DNA of 62,012 nucleotides, counting the filler, from Chiloscyllium plagiosum (taxonomy: Eukaryota), in NCBI RefSeq assembly GCF_004010195.1. It is 3 parts of one record of this genome, joined end to end, with 100 filler letters (N's around TTAATTAATTAA, not from the genome) between each part and the next. Parts side by side here need not be neighbours in the genome. Positions count along the whole stretch, not along the records: positions 22,978 to 49,038 come from NC_057713.1; 2 more parts are not named here. The stretch is one strand, 5' to 3'. The notes beneath the pieces were generated by a model. It was not told the origin of the DNA and ran no database searches. It saw only the letters and a list, made by a program, of their open reading frames with translations. The translations under genes were made by a program, and so were the position numbers. This document shows positions 26,470 through 38,214 of the stretch, piece by piece (position 1 is the first letter of the stretch; each line of letters starts with the position of its first letter).

Positions 26470-27625
26470 ATAAGCAATGGCAAACATTTAAAGAGTTTAT
26501 GGAAGAACTTCAACAATTGTTCATTCCTGTCTGACACAAAAATAAATTGGGAAAGGTGCCTAATCATGACTAGGAAGAGAAATTAGGGATAATATTAGGT
26601 TCAAGGAAGGGGCATTCAAATTGGCCAAAAAAACCTGCAAACCTGAGGATTTGGCGTAGTTTAGATTTCAGCAAAGGAAGATAAAGGGATTGATAAAGAA
26701 GTGTAAGCTTATGGGGAATGTATAAACCGATTGTAAAATTTCTACAGGTATGTGAAAAGAAAAAGAATAATTAAGACAAATGTAGGTCCATGACAGTCAG
26801 GAATAGATGAATTAATAATGGTAGACCAATTTTGGTTCTGTGTTCACAGGGAGGACATAAATAATGCACCAGAAATGTGGGGGACACAAAGTCTAGTGAG
26901 ATGGAGAAGCCAAAGAAAATTTGTATTGGTAGGGAAATGATGTTGGGGAAATTGATGCAATTAATAGTCAATAAATACCCAGGACCCAATAATCTACTTC
27001 TCAGAGTAATTAAGGAAGTTGCCTGAGAAATAGTGGTTGCATTGGTGGTCATCCTCCAAAATGCTTTCGACACTGGAGTAGTTCTTATGGATTGGAGAGT
27101 AACTAATGTAAGCCTTCTAATTGAAAAGCGAGATAGAGAGAAAACAGGGAAATATAGATTGGTTAGCCTAATGTTGGTAATAGGGAAAATGCTAGAGTCC
27201 ACTACAAAAGATTTAATAGCAGAGGATTTGGAAAACAGTAACAGAATTGGACAGAATCAGCATGAGTTTACAAAATGGATATCATGCTTGACAAAACTAC
27301 TGGAATGTAGTACTAGACAGGGTATATGTTGGAAGGATGTTCCTGAAGATCAGGGAGTCCAAAACCAGGGGTCACTGTCTAGGGATACTGGGTAGGTTTT
27401 TTAGGATTGAGATGAGGTGAAATTTGTTCACCAAGAGAGCAGAGAGCCTATGGAGTTCTCAGCTACAGAACGTAATTTAGGCCAAAACATTGAATGTTTT
27501 CAAGAAGGAATTGGGTGTAGTTCTTGGAGCTAAAAGGATCAGAGGATATTGTGAGAAAGTGAGTACAGGCTACTGGGTTGGATGATCGGGCTTGGCGGGT
27601 CTAACAGCCTACTCCTCCTCTGTTT
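26470..27625 (+). mobile_element. Old CR1 fragment in a fastk intron
   Basis: Degenerate DWRVTNV...GKYRLVSL...NQHEF peptide. Confidence 0.65.
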
Positions 27626-27664
27626 CATATTTCATTACTTCTTACTTGTGTAAATCCAGAGAGT

Positions 27665-27860
27665 ATTCAGTATATCACTGCACTATAACTGAAATATAAC
27701 TGCACTAAAAATGCAGATAGCACTTAATCAGGCACTTTGTTGTAACTGGGATAAATACAGGCAGTGTTTAATCCAGCACTGTACAGTAACTGGGAAAAAT
27801 ATAGTAGTACTTAATCCAGCACTGTAGTGTAACTGGTATGTACAAAAATGTTTAGTCAGT
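27665..27860 (+). repeat. Degenerate ~42-bp minisatellite (about 4 units)
   Basis: Recurrent TTAATCCAGCACTGTA.nGTAACTGG motif. Confidence 0.6.
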
Positions 27861-28419
27861 CTCTAAAACCTATCTTTTATTTGTGACGCATGGTCATTGC
27901 ATTGGAACAGGTAACTGATTGTTGTGTGTCTCCCACCCCATGACAATTCCAAGTGTCTTTTGCTGTTTTGGCAGAAAATTACTTTCTTTTGCCATTCCTT
28001 ATAATCTAATTTTATTTCTCACTTAAACCACATCAATGATGAGGGCGACATGGTGGCTCAGTGGTTAGCACTGCTGCCACACTGTCGGGACTTTATGATT
28101 CTATGATACCAGACCATTCTGTGTCTTTGCCAATGTTTCAGTTTTACATTTACTGACCTGGCCTTTGAACCTCATTCAGTGCATGATCCTGTGCACAAAC
28201 AGCTAGATGTTAATTTGGTTGTGGAGGGCTTTGCAGTTGGGTCTGTTTGTGTCTTTTTTGGCCCTAATTGCTTGTGACCTTCTCAGCAGAGGTCAGGTGT
28301 GAGAATCTATTATCCTACTGCCTATTCCACAGTGACAGAAGCCACTATAGGACCCTACTGAGCCATTGAACTGACAAAAATTCCACCCTCTCATATAAGA
28401 GCATTTCTTTCTACTTTAG

Positions 28420-28568
28420 AGGAACTCCCAAAGAAAGTGGATAGCATCACCCCCTACACCATGGCACTCATTGCAAAATATATTGCGCGTCATCGACTAC
28501 GTGAGACCAGGCTTCTGGACACGATCGCAGATTTCCTCATCAAAAAGGGTGAAAACCTGGACAGTAAG
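28420..28568 (+). CDS. fastk: FASTK internal exon B, 149 nt, phase 1-0
   Basis: Acceptor ttctttctactttag| and donor AAG|gtaatt. EELPKKVDSITPYTMALIAKYIARHRLRETRLLDTIADFL resembles human LTPHVMVLLAQHLARHRLREPQLLEAIAHFL. Confidence 0.92.
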
Positions 28569-30145
28569 GTAATTGTGTATAGTTTCTTTATCAAAACAGA
28601 AAATATTTTTAGGAAACACAGTGTTGGAGTTCGGGGTAAGCCATGATTGAGAGGATTGAAAGGAAAATAAAACAACAACATCTTGCATTTATATGGCATC
28701 TTTAAATTCCATTAATTGACCCAAGGCACTCCATAGGAGCCTTTTTTACAAAGTTTGGCACTGGGTACAAGGGGACATTAGATCAAATGTTCAAATGCTT
28801 GTTAAAAATGCCTGTTTAAGGGGATGTTTTAAATGAGAGCGAACCGGAGAAAAATAGAAATGAGAGACATGAGTAGACCATTTGAGCCTGCTTTGCCATT
28901 CAATAGGATCACAGCTGATCCTCTATCTCAATGCCATATTCCTGCTTTTTTTCCCATACCCCTAGATGTCTTTAAAATCTGAAAAATTATTCTCTTCCTT
29001 TTTTGAATAGATTCTGTTAGTTGACCTCCACAGTTTTCAATGGTAGAGAATTCCACAGGTTCACTACCCTGTGAATGAAGAAATGTTTCCTCGTCTTCGT
29101 CCTAACTGGTCGAGCCATATATTAAAACTGCATCCGTGCCAACTCACCAAACAGTGAAGACATCCTCCCTGCACATAGTCTGTTGGGCCCTGTCTTAATC
29201 AGATTCCCTCTCATCCTCCTGCCTGAAACGTTAACTCTCCTGCTCCTCAGATGCTGCCTGACCTGCAGACCTTTTTCCAGCACCACACTTTATCGACTCT
29301 GATTCTCCAGCATCTGCAGCCCTCACTATCTCCTGAATGCAGGCCCAGCCAAACCAATTTCTCCTCATAGGACAGACCTAACATCCCTGGTATCAGCTTA
29401 TTCCACTCTCTGTTTCCTGTCTGTCAACAAATTCTCAATCCATGCCAATATATTATCCTCTATCCCGTGTGCTTTAACTTTGCCACTAACCTTTAATGAG
29501 GGACCTTATGAAAACTTTCACAAAGCAGAGATTTCTGGAGGGAGTTCCAGACCTCAAGCCCTTGGCAGCTGAAGGTGTAGCTGCCCATGATTGAATGGTC
29601 AGCAATATATCTTATAATCAAATATGACATCAAGATTGTGAATGGTCTGATTAACCTCAACAGTTACCAGGGAAAAGGATGGAATCACTATCTGTGGAGT
29701 AGAGTTTGTAGCAGATCTGAAAATAATAAGCTTTGACATTTAATTGGAGGAAATTTCTACACATCCAGTGCAAATAATCAAACAACTGAAAGATAGTGAA
29801 GGTTTCAACTGAGGTGAATATTTACAAGGGGTCTGGGGAGTGTGTGAAATATTTAAAGGGTGCCCCTGGGCAGATATGAATATCTAAAAGGATCGCTGAG
29901 AGTGTGTGATTATTCACAGGGCATTCCCAGGAATCCCCATGTGTAATTATTTACATGAACTGATGCTGCTGCCATCAGTTCATAACCTGATTGTGGGCAC
30001 TGAACCTGGGGCCTCAGGTTAATGTGATGTTACAACTTATTGCTCCCAGCTGTGGACTGTTGAGTGTGAAGCTTGGGCATTGCCCAAGCCACAGGCTTGA
30101 AACCAGGTATGACAGTGTTTGACTTTGAGTTGTTTCATGTTGCAG

Positions 30146-30362
30146 ATAATTCAGAAGCTCGTCTTCCCATTCAGTCGGATGAACTACAAACCTTCCCATG
30201 AAGCCAAGTTTTTTGCAAAGCTGGAGTCCGTGCTGGAGGTCAAAGCCATGAACTCACCCCTGGCCACAGTCAATATCTTCATGTCCATGTTCCAACTGGG
30301 ACATTTTCCAGGATCCATACTTGACAAAGTCTTCTCTGCCGCTTTCATCAACAACGTGATGA
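30146..30362 (+). CDS. fastk: FASTK internal exon C (FAST_1 region), 217 nt, phase 0-1
   Basis: Acceptor tgttgcag| and donor A|gtatga. IIQKLVFPFSRMNYKP...PLATVNIFMSMFQL...VFSAAFINNV resembles human VVQKLVLPFGRLNYLP...PLATVNILMSLCQL...VFSPGFINY. Confidence 0.93.
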
Positions 30363-31110
30363 GTATGATTTTCCTTCATAACTCCCGTAGGATCAAAAGA
30401 ATTAGGTCTTACTCCAGGTAGTGTTGGAAAGGAGGGTCAGTTAACAGACTGTCAAGGAGGTGATCCTCTCAAGGTGGCATTGTTTCAAGCACTGAGGTGT
30501 GGTTAGTTAAAAGAATGCAAAACCACTGCATGGCAGCTGGTGGGAATTAAATTAACTCATTAATTCTAAAATTGAAAGTTATCTCAGTCATAGTGACCAC
30601 AAAACTATCATTGATTGTCATAAAAACTGAATGACATTTGGGAAAGGAAATCTGCTGTCCTTAACCGATCACACTTCCTCGTGACTCCAGACCCACAGCA
30701 ACGTGGCTGATTCTTAACTGCCTCCTCAAATGGCCAAGCAAGCCACACAGTTCAAGGGAGGAATTGGGATTAGGCAACAAGTACCTGCCCAGCCAGTGAT
30801 GCTCATGCCAGATGAAAGAATAAAGAGAAACATAATTTTGAGAGTAATTGTGTGTAAGTCCTCACTATGAGTAATTGCGTAATTTTTTTGTCGTGAGATC
30901 CAAGAATTAACTGCACAAATCCCTTAATTTGTGATTGCACGAGTGTCAATATAAACCTTCTATTGTGGAATGCTGATAGTAACTCTGTAAATTCCCCACT
31001 CTAGGGCTCCCAAGATTAACTGCACAAATCTCTTATTATAGGATCCTGAGAGAAACTGTGTGAATTCCAAGAGTAATTCTAGTTGTTTGCAGTGTTTTCT
31101 GTTTTTTCAG

Positions 31111-31270
31111 ACAGTCCGTATGGATTGATTGTTCGCCGATACCTGTCCCTACTTGATGCTGCAGTGGAGCTGGAGCACAGTGATTACAAGGGACCTCGAC
31201 TGGAGGACAGATACAAAGTGATGATGTTTGACCGTGTACTGACTGCAGATGAGGTGAACAGGAAGTACAG
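31111..31270 (+). CDS. fastk: FASTK internal exon D (FAST_2 region), 160 nt, phase 1-2
   Basis: Acceptor ttctgttttttcag| and donor AG|gtcagt. SPYGLIVRRYLSLLDAAVELEHSDYKGPRL resembles human TPHALIVRRYLSLLDTAVELELPGYRGPRL. Confidence 0.95.
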
Positions 31271-32129
31271 GTCAGTGGTCATTTAGATAATTACCGGGAA
31301 CAAAATTTAGTTATTAATGAACCGTTATGCTGTTATAAACTTGCTCTGTGACAAAACTAACATGAAGGAAAAAAATCTACTTTATGTCATTTAAATGGAT
31401 TTTCAAGTAAATGAATCAATGTCAGCTTAGAGAAAAATTGACATAAGGACATAAAACGGTTAGTGTTGTAAATGGTCATTTTTCAGGTTATAGGATAGGA
31501 AGGGTTTGGAGGGATAAGTGCAGGTGCTGGCAGGTGGGACTAGATTGGGTTGGGATATCTGGTCGGTATGGACGGATTGGACCGAAGGGTCTGTTTCCGT
31601 GCTGGACATCTCTATGACTCCATGACTCTATAAGAATAGGAATAGATCATTTCGCCCTATGAGCCTGTTCCACCATTCAATGAGATCATGGTTAATCTGT
31701 GGCCTTACTCCATATACCTGCTTTTGGCCCATATCCCTAATACCTGTGCTTATCAAAAATATATTTAAGTCAGATTTTCAATTATCACCTGATTCATTGC
31801 TTTATTTCAAAATTACTTAATGATACCACATTTGAAGATTTGATGGACAGTGAGGATGATCACAATTGACTGCAGCAGGACATAGGCTAGGAAAATGGGC
31901 AAACAAGTAGCTGTCGGAATTTAATCCAGAAAATTATGGAGTGATGCATTTTGAGACAAGGGTTAAGGATCGTCTATACAGACTGAATGACATTTTTCTA
32001 AAGAGTGTATAGGGTTAGGGATCCTGGTGGCATGGAGGTGAGGTTCCTGTGCATAGAGTTTTGAAGACATAGGCAGTAATGAGAGATCAAAGCTTATTGG
32101 ACCTTGAGTTTTATGAATTAAGGTGTTGA

Positions 32130-32530
32130 GTTGTTGCCTGTCTTTCAGGATCGAGGATGACTTGTTTCTTCTCCAGTTCATTGGGTTCTGCAATGCTGAT
32201 GAATCCAGTGATACTGACTCTGAGTCATTCAGGGTAGTGATAATTATAGAGTTGGGCAAATGGAAGGTTTGAAGGTTTATGTGCTCCTTCAGAAACCTTA
32301 ACTTTGCCTCTGCACATTCCCAATGAATGTTTTTGATCTGCTTGGTGCATTCCTGGATGAACCTTTTCACACGGCAGGGTCTCCCATGAGTCAGTGGATA
32401 TGCTTGATCCCATCAGCGATGTTTTGAGGTCAACTCTAAAGTGGAATGATTCAAAAATATTTAACATCATGGCTAGAGATATTCCCTACTCTACCATTGC
32501 CATCCAAGCCAGAGGATTAACCCTGGCTTA
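32130..32530 (-). mobile_element. RTE-like LINE 3' fragment, decayed
   Basis: FRVDLKTSL...STDSWETL...CAEAK resembles the C-terminus of RTE-clade ORFs. Confidence 0.45.
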
Positions 32531-34979
32531 TTCATTTCTGGGATTTGAACGCTGCTGCCAAGGCTAATGTTTCTTGGCCGTCGCTAATTGCCCTTGGAGA
32601 TGTGATGGTGAGCTGTCTTCCGGAAATACTGCACTCCATACGGTGTAAGGACCCATACAGCGCTGTTAGGAAGGGAGTTCCAGGCTTTTAATCCAGTGAC
32701 AATGAAGACGTAGAGAAGGGAATGGAGATATTTCCAAGTCAGGCTGGTGAATGCCTTGGAGGGGGATCTTGAAGAGACCTGTGCTTACATGTATTTCTTG
32801 ATTCATTTGTGGGATCTGGGTTTTGTTGGTTGGGCTCGCATTTATTGACCGTCCGTAGTCGGTGCTGGAGGGAGTGAATGTTTGGGAGACTGTGGTGGAT
32901 GTGGTGCAAATCAAGCAACCTGTTTTGTTGAAGATTGTTGTTGTTAATTTAGATGGTGGACAGGCTTTGGGAAGGCTGCTGCTCTCTTCATTGAACCATA
33001 ATTGCTATCCTGGCTTGTTGGTATTGATTGAGTGAGGAATATGCCGGCACCAGAGGTTGTAGATTTTGATTGGAGTAACTGTGCTGTTGTTGATGGCCCA
33101 CAGTGCCTCATGGATTCCCAGTCTTCAGTTGTCAGATCTATTTGAAATGTATCCCAATTAACATGGTGATAGTTCCACACATATGCTCTTCTAGCTGCTA
33201 AAAGTCATTAGTTTTGAGGGTTCTTTCAAAGGAGCATTGATGAATTTCTGCAATGCATCTTGTAGATGATGCACATTGTGGCTGCTAAGTATGATGGTAG
33301 AGCGGGCAAATGTTTGGGGATGTAATGCCAATCAAGTTAGCTGCTTTGTCCTGGATGTTGTTGAGCTTCTTGACTGTTGTTGGAGCTGCAGTCTGCTAGG
33401 CAATTGGGAAATCTTCCATCTCATGCCTGACCTCTGCCCGGTACATGGTGAACAGGGTTTGTGTTTGTAGCTATAGTGTTTATACAGCTGCTCCAGTTAG
33501 GTTTCTGCCAAAGGCAGCTCTTAAGATATTGATAGTATGGAATTCAGTGATTGTAATGCAGTTGAGTGTCATGTTAAGTATGTTCGTTACCTATGTTGGG
33601 AATGCATAATCTCCAAAAATTACACTGTGAAAGAAGTTGGAAGAGATGGAAGTGTTTAGCCAATTTCAAGATTGAAGAGGATTTACAGTGTGTTTTCTTG
33701 GACAAGGTAGATGTTGAGAATGTGTTTCCACTCTTGCGCGGAATCTCGAACTATGAGATGTAGTTCTAGAATAAGGGGATATTTATTTGAAACTGAGATA
33801 TGAAGAAGTTTGTTTTATAGAGGATGTTACATATCTGAAATTCTAGATCGCTGAAAGTAATTAATGGGCAAGTGGATAGATGTTTGAAGTGTCAATGACA
33901 TAAGGATGATGACAAGTTGGCAAGGAAAAGTTGAAGCCTGGGGCAGATCACCCATGGTTTTATGGAATGGTGGGGGCAGCTTGAGGGATTTCTTAAGCAA
34001 TAGGATCAGAAAAAGGTCAATCAGCCCATTTAGTCGACTCTGCCATTCAATTAGATCATGGCTGATCTGGTAACCCTCAGCTCCACTTTCCTGTCTTTAC
34101 CCTGGAACCATTGATTAATTCTGTTCTCCTGGCTTCTTCCCATAACCTTTGATCCCCTTACTAATCAAGAATCTATCTATCACTGTCTTAAATGCACTGA
34201 ATGTTTTGGCTTCCATAGCCTTTTGTGGCAATGAGTTTCACCACCCTCTGGCTGAAGAAGTTCCTCCTCCTCTCAGTTCTTGTATTTGAGACAGATAGGT
34301 TCTTGATTAGTAAAGGGATCAAAGATTACTGGGAGAAGGCAGGGGAATGGGGTTGACAAACATATCAGCCATGATCGAACGGCAGAGCAGACTCGATAGA
34401 CCAACTGGCCTAATTCTGCTCCTGTATCTTATGCTCTCGTAAAAATCTATAGCCTTGAATATAATAAATGACCCAGCTTCAACAGCTGTCTGTGGTTATG
34501 AATTTCGCAGGTTGATTACCCACTCAGACAGAAAAATCCTTTGTTTTTTTTTAATATAGAAAAAAAAATCTTAGGTTTTTTACAAAATTACAAACCAATA
34601 CAAAATAGTATGGCAACTTTATAATATAATAGCAACAATAGAAAACAAACTACTACTCTACTCCACAGACTACAGAAACAAAAAAAACAAACAAACCCTA
34701 TAAAAACTACAGTTCAATAAATAACCAAGGAGAATAAATAAACAGATGAAATAAAATTAAATCAAGTTGTAACAAAGTAACTTAAATGATATTCAATTAA
34801 ATTACTGCACTTAGCGCAATCTCATCACAGCTCCCCACCATTGGGAGCAATAGTAAGTAGACCCATATTTGTTCGGGATTCTTCCCCCCAGGGGCCCCCC
34901 AAACCGACAGGCACAGTCTTCACAGCTAAATAAAGGCCCTGTGTAATATAGCCAATATATCTACATCAAAATAGTCCAA

Positions 34980-37309
34980 CAAGGGGAGGGGCCATATTGG
35001 ACTTGGTACTGGGGAATGAGCCAGGACAGGTGGTAGAAGTTGAGGTGGGGGATTTCTTTGGGAACAGTGACCACAATTCTGTAAGTTTTAGAATACTCAT
35101 ACATAAAGATGAGAGTGGCCCTAAGAGAAGAATACTAAACTGGGCCACGGCCAATTATATCAAAATTATGCAGGAACTCGGAAGTGTGGATTGGACACAG
35201 CTATTTGAAGGGAAATCCACATTTGATATGTGAGAGGCTTTCAAAGATAGGTTAAAGATAGTGCAGGGTATGCATGTCCCGTTGAAGACAAAGGATAGGA
35301 AGGGCGAGATTTGTGAACCGTAGATAACAAGAGAAATTGTACTACTAGCCAAGAGGAAAAGGGAAGCATACATAAGGTCTAGGCAGCTAAGAACAGAATG
35401 GGCCCTGGAGGAATATCGGAAGAGTAGGACAAGTCTTAAATGGGGAATCAAGCTGGCTAAAAGGGGTCATGAAATAGCTTTAGCGAGCAGAATTAAGGAG
35501 AATCCCAAAGCATTTTATTCTTATATAAAAAGAAAGCTGGTAACGAGAGAAAGGATTGGCCCACTAAAGGATAATGAAGGAAGGCAGTGTGTCAAACCTG
35601 AGATTCTGGTCAGTGTTCACTGAGGAGAGGAACATGATGAATCTTGAGATTAGAGATAGAAGTTTGATTAGTCTGGATCACGTTGACATAAGTAGGGAAG
35701 ATGTGTTGGGTCGGCTAGAGATTATTAAGGTGGACAAATCCCCAGGACCGGATGGGATCTATCCCAGGTTGCTGAGGGAGGCGAGAGAGGAAATAGCTGG
35801 AGCCCTGACAGATATCTTTGTGGCATCCTTAAATACAGGTGAGATGCCAGAGGACTGGAAGGTTGCTCATGTTATCCCCCTGTACAATAAGGGTAGTAGG
35901 GATATTCCAGGTAATTACAGACTAGTGAGCCTGACATCAGTAGTGGGAAAGTTGCTGGAGAGGGTACTGAGGGATAGGATCTATTTATATTTAGAAAAGA
36001 ATGGGCTTATCAGTGATAGGCAACATGGTTTTGTGCGGGGGAGATCGTGCCTTACCAACGTATAGAGTTCTTTGAGGAAGCGACCAAGTTGATAGATGAA
36101 GGAAGGGCTTTTGATGTCATATACATGGACTTTAGTAAGGCGTTTGATAAGGTTCCCCATTGTAGACTAATGGAGAAAGTGAAGTCACATGGTGTGCAGG
36201 ATGTTCTAGCTAGGTGGATAAAGATCTGGTTGAGCAACAGGAGACAGAGAGTAGTAGTTGAAGGAGGTTTCTCAAAATGGAGAAAGGTGACCAGTGGTGT
36301 TCCACAGGGGTCAGTATTGGGGCCACTGTTGTTTGTGATATACATAAATGATCTAGAAGAGGGCACTGTTGGTATGTTCAGCAAGTTTGCAGATGACACA
36401 AAGATTGGTGGAGTAGCAGAAAGCATAAGGGACTGTCAGAGAATACAGGAGGATATAAAAAGACTGGAGAGTTGGGCGGAAAAGTCACAGATGGATTTCA
36501 ATCCAGACAAATGTGAGGTGATGCATTTAGGCAAGACTAATTCTAGAGCGAATTATACAATGAACGGAAGAGACTTGGGAAAGGTTGATGGGCAGAGAGA
36601 TCTGGGAGTGCAGGTCCATTGTACCCTGAAGGTTACTGCACAGGTGGATAGAGTGGTCAAGAAGGCATATAGTATGCTTGCCTTCATTGGACGGGATATT
36701 GAGTATAAGAGCTGGCAAGTGATGTTAAAGTTGTACAAGACATTGGTTTGGCTGCATTTAGACTACTGTGTACAGTTCTGGGCGCCACATTACCAAAAGG
36801 ATGTGGACGCTTTGGAGAGAGTGCAGAGAAGGTTTGTGAGGATGTTGCCTGATATGGATAGTGCTAGCTATGAAGAGAGGTTGAGTAGATTAGGTTTGTT
36901 TACATTAGAAAAAAGGAGATTGAAGGGGGGACCTGATTGAGGTTTACAAAATCATGAAGGGTATAGACAAGGTAGATAGAGACAAGCTTTTTCCCAGGGT
37001 GAAGGATTCAATAATGAGAGGTCACGCTTTCAAGGTGAGAGGTGGAAAGTTAAGAGGGATACACACGGCAAGTACTTTACACAAAGGGTGGTGGGCATCT
37101 GGAACACATTGCCAGAAGAGGTGGTAGAGGCAGGGACAGTAGATTCATTTAAGATACGTCTGGACAGATGCATGAGTAGGTGGGGAGCAGAGGGATACAG
37201 ATGCTTAGGAAATGGGCGACAGGTTTAGACAGTAGATTTGGATCGGCTCAGGCTTGGAGGGCCGAAGGGCCTGTTCCTGGGCTGTAAATTTTCTTTGTTC
37301 CTTGTTCTA
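34980..37309 (+). mobile_element. 5'-truncated CR1 nested in the L1 element
   Basis: RT ORFs 35574-36065 and 36047-36940; tail ttctttgttccttgttct; L1 sequence resumes on both sides. Confidence 0.9.
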
Positions 37310-38087
37310 ATATAATCCAAAAAAGGGCCGCCACGTTCTGTAAAACAATTCCGTTTTCTGGTGCACCATATTCGTAAGGAAGTCTAGGGGTATGTGTTCC
37401 ACGACTATCTTACGCCAACGTGAGAGTCCTGGGGGATTCTCCGACACTCAGTTTATCAGAATATTCTTCCTCGCGCAAAAAGAAAGAGTATTAAAAATTT
37501 CTTCCCATGCGCATCCAGGGAGGGAAGCTTTTGGAGACTCAAAAAGAGGGATACCAGATCCAAGTTAACTCCTCAGTTCCCAAAACCTTTACCAAATCAC
37601 TCGCTGTGTCATCACAATACCTGGTGATCTTGTGGCATGACCGCAAGCAGTGAGTAAGAGTACCAACTGCTATTTTGCACTTGGGGCACATTGGGAACAC
37701 TTGAATTTCACAAGCCGTTCTGGTGCTAGGTGAGCCCTGTGGAGTACCTTCAGTTGAATAGCATTACAAATCGAGACCTTCCTAACATTTTCCCAGATAT
37801 CCTCCCACATCTCTGAGGAGATTTCCACCTCTAATTCTTGAGTCCAGGTTTTATATAGCCATTCAATGTCCTTCGAAACATTACTACCTAACAAGGGATA
37901 GAGTCTCCTAACCGAGAGGGCACCTGTAGACCGACCCACTCTCCTCTCCATGTCCAATTTGTAGGGATTAACCGTCAGTGTAGTCTTTTTTTTGTACAAA
38001 GTCTCTAACCTGGAAGTGACGAAACATGTCATTCCTAGGTCGCTTGAATTTCTGACTCAGCTTTTTGGAGGACATCGTGACCTCCCC

Positions 38088-38214
38088 TGAAGAAGGGCTT
38101 ATGCCCGAAACATCGATTCTCCTGCTCCTCGGATGCTGCCTGGCCTGCTGTGTTTTTCCAGCACCGCATTTTTCAACTCTGGTACTCCAGCATCTGCAGT
38201 CCTCACTTTCTCCT
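38088..38214 (+). mobile_element. 127-bp hammerhead-bearing pLTR mini-insertion inside L1 ORF2
   Basis: (C)UGAAGA-A-GGGC-UUAU-GCCC-GAAA-CA-UC at 38087-38114. TSD ATC(G/A)TGACCTCCCC at 38074-38087 and 38215-38228. Confidence 0.75.

Noticed and set aside
36047..36940. Intact reverse transcriptase gene (297-aa ORF)
   Set aside because: Part of a 5'-truncated, frameshifted CR1; no element in the window has an uninterrupted ORF2.
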